The notes beneath the pieces are model-generated. The model ran no database searches, was not told the DNA's origin, and saw nothing but the letters and a program-made list of their open reading frames with translations. The translations under genes and the position numbers were made by a program. A stretch of 64,000 nucleotides of DNA from Octopus vulgaris. Taxonomy: Eukaryota. The DNA lies in the NCBI GenBank assembly GCA_951406725.2, contig OX597816.1, positions 38,998,001 through 39,062,000 on the forward strand. The letters run 5' to 3'. This document shows positions 53,864 through 64,000 of this stretch, piece by piece. The stretch's first letter is position 1, and each line of letters starts with the position of its first letter.

Positions 53864-54926
53864 TACATTTATCCTTAGGGTAGTGAAAGTGTATGGCTTA
53901 ATGGTTAGGGTATTTGACTCACAATCGTAAGGTCGTGAATTCAATACCCAGTAACTCATTGTGTCTTTGCACAAGACACTTTATTTCATGTTGCTCCAGT
54001 TCACTCAGCTGGCAAAAATGAGTTGCACCTGTATTTCAAAGGGCCAGCCTTGTCACATTCTGTGACACACTGAATCTCCCTGAGAACTACATTAAGAGTA
54101 CACATGTCTGTGGAGTGCTCAGCCACTTGCACATTAATTTCATGAACAGACTGTTCCTTTGATTGCTGGAACCTTCATTATCGTAACCGATGAATTGCCA
54201 CTACCACACTCTTAGGTTATGACTGTTTCAATAACAGATGGGGCAGATAAATCATTTGACATGCAGGAAAACATATAACCATAAATATAAACTGTGATTA
54301 AACTACACTACATGCAACCTACCTGAAATCTCATCATGACTGAGTGAATAAATTGTATTTGGGTGAATACACATGTGTAGACACACTCAATAGGGAGAGC
54401 TTGTATTGTATATTACACAATCTGGTGAATTGCTTAGCATAATATAGTGGATCTACTAAAACACATTATGTTTGTCTTTTAGTCTGATAATTATTTCAGT
54501 CATTGGATTGTGGCCATGCTGGGGCACCATCTTGAATTTTTTTAGTTGAACAAATCGTCCCTATTACTTATTTATTTTTTAAAACTTGGCACTTATTCTA
54601 TCAGTCTCTTTTATCAAACTAAGTTATGGGGATGTTAACACATCAACAATGGTTGTCAAGTAGTGGTGGTGGGAACAAACACAGACATGCACACACATAC
54701 ACACAATGAGCTTTTTGCAGTTTCCCTCTGCCAAATTCACTCACAAAGCATTGGTTAACCTGAGGCTACAGTGGAAGACACTAGCCCGATGTGTTATACA
54801 GTGGCACTGAACCCAAGACTATGTGGCTGGGAAGCAAACTTCTTACCACACAACCATGTCTGTGCCTGTAAAGAGTAAAGATCCCTTTCAATCATGAATG
54901 ACCATGGGGTTGTACCTAGAAAGTTG

Positions 54927-55704
54927 GGATCTTTTCCTTTTGAACGGCACTTTTCAACACAATTTCTAGTTAACTAAACACTTTTAAACTTCGTATATTG
55001 GTAGAATGTGTAAAAATAAAACATTTTTTTCTCTTGTCTTTCTTGAGAAAATTGTAATTTGTAAGTTTAACGTAGTTTAATTTTTCGAATTTTAACCAAT
55101 CCTATGCCCTCTATTTAGCTAAAATCATTTGCTGCGTCTAAAACTGAGACAACATCCTGTCACTAACCCTAATCCTCACCCTAACCCTAAATTTTAGCCT
55201 TTCGTTTTTTTTTTCTTAATTGTTAAATTAATTTAAGGATAACAATTAAGAAAAAGAACGAAAGGCTAAAACGAGAGCAATGGAAAATAATTTTAATTTA
55301 ACAATTAAGGAAAAAAAACGAAAGGCTAAAACGAAAGCAAAAACTCAAAACAAAAAAAAAAACGAATAATTTTAGACACACGCGTAACAATTAAATTAAT
55401 TTAACAATTAAGAAAAAAAACGAAAGGCTAAAATTTAGGGTTAGGGTGAGGGTTAGAGTTAGGGTGAGTGACAGGATGTTGTCTCAGTTTTAGACGCAGC
55501 AAATGATTTTTGCTAAATAGAGGGCATAGGATTGGTTAAAATTCAAAAAATTAAACTACGTTAAACTTACAAATTACAATTTTCTCAAGAAAGCCAAGAG
55601 AAAAAAATGTTTTATTTTTACACATTCTACCAGTATACGAAGTTTAAAAGCGTTTAGTTAACTAGAAATTGTGTTGAAAAGTGCCGTTCAAAAGGAAAAG
55701 ATCC
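54927..55704. mobile_element. Foldback (near-palindromic) MITE with >280-bp arms and internal TTAGGG-like repeats
   Basis: ggatcttttccttttgaacggcac... / ...gtgccgttcaaaaggaaaagatcc; TSD gaaagtt(g/a) at 54919-54926 and 55705-55712. Confidence 0.9.
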
Positions 55705-56442
55705 GAAAGTTACCCCCCCAAGGCACAAGTCTGGGCAAGGTTATTTATGGAAGACCAGCAGTTGCCCATACATACCTGCCTCCCCCTCCACACCAATGTT
55801 ATCATGATGTCACAACTCATTTCTACAGATGATTTAACTGAAGCAATGTGAAATAAAGTGTCTTGCTCAAGAACACTGGGCTGTGCCTGTAATGCTTTAT
55901 TAAACATTATTTGACTCCCCTTAACCCAGCCATCTTGCTGGAGAAAGCGTAGCATTGTGGGCCTAAAAGAAACTAGCTTTACCAAGCCCAGTCCTCTTTA
56001 ACCCTTTAGTAATCAGATTACTCTGTCAAACTAATGTTTATTTATTCACATCATTTTCAATTAATCATGCATTGTATTTTAGCTTCAAGATTTTGCTGAT
56101 GTAATTGTATATTTTTAGAATGACATTGTAGGGTTGGCATGAAAGGCTGAATTTGATTGGTTTAAACATAAAACAAATAGACAAATAGATTTTTGGTGCT
56201 GGACATGGCCTGTTTAAATGCTCACAGGTTAAACGGTACACAAAAGTGTGAATGAGGTGAGGGTTTGGACATAGTATTGCAGCCTAACCAAGAAGTGCCA
56301 AATTTTCAGCTACTATTTCTAGCATGTCCAACAATCATATAAAGGTGCTTGTGGGCAGTGGGAGGAACTTCATGGCTAAATTGATTTTTATTACTTTGGA
56401 GTCAGATCCATCATTTTTGTCTTTTTTTCCATCTGTTTCCAG

Positions 56443-56519
56443 GATCCTAGAGCAAGTTATGATGTGAATGGAAAAGATCCTGATCCTACACCACGATATG
56501 ATGCTACAGATGAGAACAG
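56443..56519 (+). CDS. FURIN: Furin-like convertase catalytic-domain exon (phase 0/2)
   Basis: ttccag acceptor, gtatgt donor; 77 nt = DPRASYDVNGKDPDPTPRYDATDEN(R). Confidence 0.96.
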
Positions 56520-57198
56520 GTATGTTTTGTTCTGTTGAAGTGTTCTCACCACTTTCAAAAGGCTACACACTTCCAATGTTTCACTTTTAGAGTTTCTTCA
56601 GAAATATTGTTGTTTATCTGTTGCTTCTAGCATGTCAGGTTTTCTGGTGGTGGTCTGGTATTTTTTAAGTTTGCTATTTCAGTAGAATTCTACACATGCG
56701 GTGAAACATCTGACAAAAGTGAAAGCGAGTAGGTGATGGGTGGGCAAGGTGGGGGAAAGGGGCATCGAGTGTTTCTTTAAGAAAAATTAAGCTATAAAAA
56801 TTGTATATATTTCCCAGATTCGTAATCTCTGTATTTTTCTACATAGATAACAAAAAAAAAAAAAAATTCAAAAACGTTACAAATTAAGAAATTGCAGTGA
56901 GGATGGGGAGGAAATTAAAATTTTGAAAATGTGATTTCTGGACAAAATTGTATTAACCCCCTTTTATATGTTGAAACAATACATAGTTTGTGATCTTTCT
57001 TAAGAACGGAAAGCACTTTCATGCAAACCCATGCAAATTGTACTCCCCCCCCTCTTCACTTTTAAATAAACAATAACTTCAATTATGCCATTAACTTTAT
57101 ATCAGTGGTGCCGATTCTGCCCATAAGGAAGGAGCAAATAATACAATGTGCCTGTAGGTCATAACACTTGGGCAACACCAAGATTCATTGTTAGTATT

Positions 57199-57251
<53 letters not shown>

Positions 57252-57450
57252 CTGTGATGGTGCAATGGTAGCACACTTGGTCATGAAAACAAAGTGGTGT
57301 GGGTTTGAATCCCACACATATGACAAAACCTACTTTTTTCTGTCAAAGGCTTATATGCCCCATTATCAGACTATTTTTTTTACTCATTGCACAGTGATTA
57401 CTTATAAGCTTTAAGCTTTAAAAAATACTATTACTATTTACAGAATATAT

Positions 57451-57483
<33 letters not shown>

Positions 57484-57846
57484 GTTCAGGATTCAAGTGA
57501 ATCAGGTACCTAAATAGCAAAGCACAGAGTTCAAGTTAAAGAAATAGCAATCATGTATAAAACAAAATTAAAGGAACGTTTACATACATACAGAAGTACA
57601 GACAGATTAATGTTCTAATTTCATAAATGATTACATGCGCCTGACTGAATATACCATGAGTTTCAAGGTTGTACCTACAAACACACTGCACCAATTGTAC
57701 TGCACTTAAAGGACTCCTGAACCATGCTAATTGCACATTCTGAATAAGGTGAATAATAAATAAATAACAACAGATGGAAATTGGTTCATTCATCATTAAA
57801 AAAACTCGTTTGAAACAGTTGTCGTGAATGATATATATACATATAT

Positions 57847-58619
57847 CATCATCATCGTTTAACGTCCGTTCTCCATGCTAGCATGGGTTGGACAGTTCGA
57901 CCGGGGATCTGGGAAGCCAGAAGGCTGCCCCAGGCTCCGGTCTTATCTGGCATTGTTTCTACAGCTGGATGCCCTTCCTAACGCCAACCACTCCGTGAGT
58001 GTAGTGGGTGCTTTTTACGTGCCACCTGCACTGGAGCCAGGTGAGGCTGACATCGGCCACGGTCGGATTGGTGCATTTTACATGCCACCTGCACGGAAGC
58101 CAGTCGAGGCGGCACTGGCTTCGGCCACGATTCGGATGGTGCTTTTTATGTGCCACCGACACGGAAGCCAGTCGAGGCGGCGCTGGCATCGGCCACGATT
58201 CGGATAGTGCTTTTTACGTATCTCCAGTCCAGGGGTCCTGGCATCTGCCAGGTGCCAGTCATAGGATTGGTTCAATTTCGATTCCGATTTCGATTCCGAT
58301 TTCGATTTCGATTTCACTTGCCCCAACAGGTCTTCGCAAGCAAAGGGTGTAGGCATAGGTGCCTGTCGTCGGATGAGGTTCGATATCGACTTCGCTTGCC
58401 TCAACAGGTCTTTGTGTGTCCAAGGGAGGAAAGGCATGCATAAGTGGGCTGGACTCACTTGTCCTGCCTGGTCTTTTCACGCACAGCATATTTCCAAAGG
58501 TCTCGGTCGCAGGTCATTTCCTCAGTGAGACCTAAAGTTCGAAGGTCGTGCTTCACCACCTCGTCCCAAGTTTTCCTGGGTCTACCTCTTCCACGGGTTC
58601 CCTCCACTGCTAGGGATTG
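57847..58619 (-). mobile_element. 5'-truncated RTE copy (RT C-terminus + 3' UTR)
   Basis: Homologous to 29338-30168; contains tandem units and (atttcg/attccg)n hexamers. Confidence 0.88.
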
Positions 58620-58965
58620 ATATATATAGAAAAATAGATATCATCATCATCATCATCATTTATCATCCATTGTCCATGCTGTCATGGGTTGGATGGTTTG
58701 ACCAGGGCTGGTATGCTGAGGGGCGGCACCAGACTCCAGTTTGATTTGGCATGGTTTCTACAGCTGGATATCCTTCCTTATGCTGACCACTCCAAGAGTG
58801 TAATAGGTACTTTCAAGTGCCACCAGCACGAGTGCCAGTTGCATGACACCAGTATCTGTCATGACTACCGTTTCACTTGGCTTGATGGTTGTATGAGGAT
58901 TCTGCAGTTTCTTGCTAATCAACCTGCTCTGATGATTTGTTTATAGTGATCAAATATTTATATTA

Positions 58966-59375
58966 GGCATAGGAGTGGCTGTGTGGTAAGTAGCTTGCTT
59001 ACGAACTACATGGTTCCAGGTTCAGTCCCACTGCATGGCACCTTGGGCAAGTGTCTTCTACTATAACCTCAGGCCGACCAAAGCTTTGTGAGTGGATTTG
59101 GTAGACGGAAGCTGAAAGAAGCCCATGGTATATATGTATATATATATGTGTGTGTATGTGTATATGTTTGTGTGTCTGTGTTTGTCCCTCCCCCCCAACA
59201 TCACTTGAGAACCGATTTTGATGTGTTTACATCCCCGTAACTTAGCTGTTCGGCAAAAAGAGACTGATAGACTAAGTACTAGGCTTACAAAGAATAAGTC
59301 CTGGGGTCAATTTGCTCGACTAAAAGGCGGTACTCCAGCATGGCCACAGTCAAATGACTGAAACAAGTAAAAGAG
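58966..59375 (+). mobile_element. CORE-type SINE, full length
   Basis: Same family as 37431-37846. Confidence 0.88.
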
Positions 59376-59601
59376 TTGTACATTAGCTCTCTTCCTCCAT
59401 CAAATCGACATAGTCTGTACAAGTGCACTGAGCGCCACATGTCAAATGTCAAAGTGATCACAGAGTAAAATGAAATGAAATGTTTTGGTCAAGAACCCAA
59501 TGCATTGCTTGATCCAGGGATCAGAAGCATGATCTTGCAATCATGAATGCAACATATTGACCACATGCCCTTCTCCCCACACATCATCTGACATATATAT
59601 A

Positions 59602-60006
59602 CTCTTTACTCTTTTACTTGTTTTCAGTCATTTGACTGCGGCCATGCTGGAGCACCGCCTTTAATCAAGCAACTCAACCCCGGGACTTATTCTTTGTAAG
59701 CCCAGTACTTATTCTATCGGTCTCTTTTGCCGAACCGCTAAGTGACGGGGACATAAACACACCAGCATCGGTTGTCAAGCAATGCTAGGGGGACAAACAC
59801 AGACACACAAACATACATGCACACATATATATATACATATATACGATGGGCTTCTTTCAGTTTCCGTCTACCAAATCCACTCACAAGGCTTTGGTCGGCC
59901 CGGGGCTATAGCAGAAGACACTTGCCCAAGGTGCCACGCAGTGGGACTGAACCCAGAACCATGTGGTTGGTAAGCAAGCTACTCACCACACAGCCACTCC
60001 TGCGCC
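59602..60006 (-). mobile_element. CORE-type SINE, full length
   Basis: Inverted partner of 58966-59375. Confidence 0.88.
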
Positions 60007-61229
60007 TATGCCATATGTCTTTCTTTATATATACTGTAAGATGTGATATGCATGTCATATGACATGCTGTATGACATACATGCATGTGATTGATATACTG
60101 CCTGATTTATATACTTATAGGACTTAGATTATATATTCTGAGCTTTATTAGATAATAATACTTGTGAGCATGATGACTAGTAATGGTGATGATAATGGAG
60201 GTGTTGGTGGTGGAAATAGTTGTGGTGGGAGTGATAAGGATGACACTCATGGTGGAAGTTGTAGACTGGTGATAATGATAGTGATAGTGGAAGTGGTGGT
60301 GGTGTTGATGATATGATTATGATGATGATAGTGACATGGTGGTGCTTGTGGTGTAATCTTGATGGTGAGAGTGGTGATGGCGATCATCATCATGATAGTA
60401 GTGGTGAGGGGAGTGTGTTGACGGTGGTGGTGGTGGTGGTAATGATTATCGTGATTATGATAGTGGTGATGACAATGGTAATAGTAGATCCCTGAGATGG
60501 TGGCACGTAAAAGCACCATCTGAACATGGCCGATGCCAGCGCCGCCTAGACTGGCTTCCGTGCCGGTGGCACGTAAAAGCACCATCCGAATCGTGGCCGA
60601 TGCCAGTGCCGCTTAGACTGGCTTCCGTGCCGGTGGCACGTAAAATGCACCAATCCGATTGTGGCCATTGCCAGCCTTGCCTGGCACCTGTGCAGGTGGC
60701 ACGTAAAAAGCACCCACTACACTCACGGAGTGGTTGGCGTTAGGAAGGGCATCCAGCTGTAGAAACACTGCCAGATCAGACTGGAGCCTGGTGCGGCCTT
60801 CTGGCTTCCCAGATCCCTGGTCGAACTGTCCAACCCATGCTAGCATGGAGAACGGACGTTAAACGATGATGATGATGATGATGATGACAATAGTAGTAGT
60901 GATGATGATGCTTGTGAGGTTGGAATGACCATAGATTCAGAAAGAAATTTTGCATGGCAAAATGAAACTACTTTTATTCCTCAGACAGGGAGAGGGGAGG
61001 GTTGATGGGGTTGGGTCTCCCTAAAATTCAAGCTGATGGTGATACCAGTGAGGTGTTTCTCTTCTTTCTTTTTTTTATAGGCATGGTTGTGTGATTAGTA
61101 AGTTTGCTTTTCAACTACATGGTTTTGGGTTCAATACCACTGTGTGGCATATTGGGCACATGTTTTCTACTACAGCCCTAGGCCAACAAAGCTTTGTGAG
61201 TGGATCTCATTGATGAAACTGAACAAAGT

Positions 61230-61268
<39 letters not shown>

Positions 61269-61603
61269 GCACACACACACATACATATGTACATATATAT
61301 GTATGTGTGTGTATGTGATTGCTTGTTTATGTTCCCCTTGTCTTGGCATCCTGTAATGTTGTAAATGAATGTCATTCATTTCCAATATTCTGCAAAAACA
61401 TGTCTGGCCATGGGGAAATATTATATTGCTTGGAATCAGCTAAGGGTTGGCAACAGGAAGGGCATCTGACCATAGAAAATTTGCCTCAATAAATCCCATC
61501 CAACCCATGCAAGCATGGAAAAGTGGATATTAAAATGACAATGAGGAAGATATAGGTGCCTCTCAGTCATCCCTAGACTCCTTGGACCATGGATCAACAT
61601 ACC

Positions 61604-61827
61604 TATTTCTTTATTACCCACAAGGGGCTAAACATAGAGGGGACAAACAAGGAAAGACATAGGTATTAAGTCGATTACATCGACCCCAGTACGTAACTGA
61701 CACTTAATTTATCGACCCCGAAAGGATGAAAGGCAAAGTCGACCTCGGCGGAATTTGAACTCACAACGTAGTGACAGACGAAATACGGCTACGCATTTCG
61801 CCTGGCGTGCTAACATTTCTGCCAGCT
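61604..61827 (-). mobile_element. Second SINE family (Meta-domain-like)
   Basis: gagttcaaattcc B-box and gcctttcatcctttcggggtcgataaa central motif; near-identical to 62084-62312. Confidence 0.75.
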
Positions 61828-62083
61828 ACCAACTGACCCTACTCCCCTTATTGGCCATGGAGATGATGATGATGATTGCAGCAGTATGAGTAATAGCATT
61901 TTAACCCTTGATCAATTTTGATTATGCATACTTATGATTAAAGCATTCCACCCATTACTATACATCTTACTTTCATGGATAGTGTATCTAGGACTACATT
62001 ATCCCAGGTGTCATTTTTATTATGATAGCCTTTTTTGAGTAGAATTTGACTGATCTTTCTAACAAGTCAAGGCATCACATATA

Positions 62084-62312
62084 TATTTCTTTACTACCCA
62101 CAAGGGGCTAAACACAGAGGGGACAAACAAGGACAGACAAATGGATTAAGTCGATTACATCGACCCCAGTAAACTGGCACTTAATTTATCGACCCCGAAA
62201 GGATGAAAGGCAAAGTCAACCATGGCGGAATTTGAACTCACAACGTAACAGCAGACGAAATACGACTAGGCATTTCGCCCGGTGTGCTAATGTTTCTGCC
62301 AGCTCGCCGCCC
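62084..62312 (-). mobile_element. SINE (Meta-domain-like), young, with perfect 17-bp TSD
   Basis: TSD tcaaggcatcacatata at 62067-62083 and 62313-62329. Confidence 0.88.
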
Positions 62313-62608
62313 TCAAGGCATCACATATAGCTATACCACTACTTTTGGTTCACAGTACTGATATTAGTGATGGCAATGATGATGATGATAGGTGGTGATA
62401 AGGATTACAGTGGTGGTGGTAGTGGCAGTGGTTATTTGTAGTGGTGGTGATCACAGTAGTGGTAGTAAGATGGCGGTGGTTATTTGTGGTGATAGTTAGG
62501 GTAATGGTCGTGGTGGTGGTGGTGGTGGTATGGTATGTGTAAATATTGAATGACTGAATGAATCAGTGATAATATAACTTCTATCTTATCTCCTTTATTT
62601 TTCTTCAG

Positions 62609-62697
62609 ACATGGAACACGATGTGCTGGAGAAGTAGCTGCTGAAGCAGGTAACAATATTTGTGGGATTGGTGTAGCGTATAATGCACGTATAGGAG
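62609..62697 (+). CDS. FURIN: Furin-like convertase exon with catalytic His (phase 2/1)
   Basis: cttcag acceptor, gtaaga donor; 89 nt = (R)[29 protein letters not shown](G). The phase matches the preceding exon. Confidence 0.97.
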
Positions 62698-64000
62698 GTA
62701 AGATTATTTTCTGTTTTCGCTATATCTTGTTATCTCTCTAATTATCTCATTAGTTTTCTCCCTTTTCAGTCATCCACCATCTCATCTCAGCCTGCTTCTG
62801 TAGATATCCGTGTGTCAGGTCAATCATCTAATCTTAATAAGATAAAATTTCTTTGTTGCTCTTGTTTTTTCCAGTCAGTGTATCTAGGACTACATTTATT
62901 CAGTGTGTTCTTCCCTTTTTTTTTGAGGTAGTTCATAGTTTGTAGTTAGATGTATAGGCAGGGACATATGGTAAGAAATTTATTTCCCAACCACATGGTT
63001 CAGGTTCAATCCCACTGCATGGCACCTTTGGCAAATGTCTTTCACTATAGCTCCAGATGAATCAAAGCCTTGTGAGTGAGTCCAGTAGAGAGAAACTGAA
63101 AGAAACCCATCATACACACACACACACATGAATGTATGTGTCTTTGGTTTGTGTTTGTGCCCCACATCTGCTTGACAACCAGTGTTAGTTTGTTTATATT
63201 CCTGTAACTTAGCAGTTTGGCAAAAGTAGAAGTTGCAGATGTGCTCTACTTACCATCGGTTACCACCAACAATTATTCTGTACCAACCCACTTGACTTCA
63301 AATCACTACTGGTCACCCCCAGGCCCTCTCTATCCATCGCCTCCCTTACGTTCGGAACCTACCTACCCTACCATTAACCAATAATCTACCCATATCTCTC
63401 TATTGTATTCCATACTGAAGTTATTATTTTCCAAGTCATATTGTTCCATTGTTTGGAGAACAATTCTGATTTTTAAAATATCTCAGTTATGTAGTTAAAC
63501 TTGTGTGTAGATGTTAGTGGTGTTGGTGGTGGTGGTGGTAGCAACAATGATAGTGTCAGTGATTGGTGATGGTGGTAGTGATGGTGTCTTTGTTATTGTT
63601 GTTAATAGTGCTGCTGATGCTTTTGTTGTCCAGTTATTTATGTTTACATTTTTGAACAACTCAGCATTGAATTTGATAAACAATGGTATTTGAAAGCATT
63701 TACATAAAGCAATCTATACGCTTAAGGTTGTGGTAGATTATGGTACATTGGTATATTCCCAATGAATCTTGGTGATTCTACAGCTTAACCCTTTCCTTAG
63801 AGTATTTCTAATGATAGATGAGGGTTCTGAAACTTCTTACTGCTTGGATGATTTGTTAATTGTGATCAGATGTTTGTAATGTACACCAGCACACTCCCTT
63901 CATCTAATCAAAATTGCCTGGTGTGCCATTCATGGTGTGCCATATGTCAGATGTCAAAGTGATTGCTGAGTAGTGTGAAATAAAGTTGGGTTTTTTTCTC

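Noticed and set aside
55163-55465. Interstitial telomere
   Set aside because: Only a few imperfect units, placed symmetrically inside a foldback transposon.
57252-57325. tRNA-like sequence (A/B boxes)
   Set aside because: No consistent cloverleaf or acceptor stem; most likely a decayed SINE head. The same applies to 53888-53950.
60170-60490. His/Thr-rich ORFs
   Set aside because: Degenerate (GAT/GGT)n low-complexity DNA, also at 62360-62540 and 63510-63620.

Overview
AT-rich, repeat-dense eukaryotic DNA. The repeat repertoire points to an octopus/coleoid cephalopod genome (inference): (TA)n/(CA)n microsatellites, tRNA-headed CORE-type SINEs, and RTE LINEs with (GAT)n tails. The only host gene I can support is a furin-like proprotein convertase (subtilisin/kexin family) on the + strand. 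Five GT-AG exons (24274-24378, 34853-34951, 41792-41926, 56443-56519, 62609-62697; 505 nt in total) splice in frame and encode the prodomain, the RRTKR autocleavage site, the catalytic Asp (ILDDG) and the catalytic His (HGTRC). The signal-peptide exon was not found and the gene continues beyond the window. Everything else is intronic or intergenic transposon material: a nearly intact antisense RTE LINE (APE + RT + a PHD-type finger), decayed RTE, RLE-LINE, mariner and Tc1 copies, Helitrons, hAT/piggyBac/pogo-type MITEs, a 780-bp foldback element and many SINEs. The ORF track misses the most interesting signals. First, a set of minimal hammerhead ribozyme motifs with palindromic stem III, the type known from Penelope-like elements: three have an intact core, one has a single core mutation, and several are degenerate, one of them next to a Penelope RT fragment. 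Second, tandem arrays of a putative H-type pseudoknot in the RTE 3' UTR. Almost all short ORFs in the supplied track are microsatellite or SINE noise. All folds and family assignments were made by eye and have not been computed.
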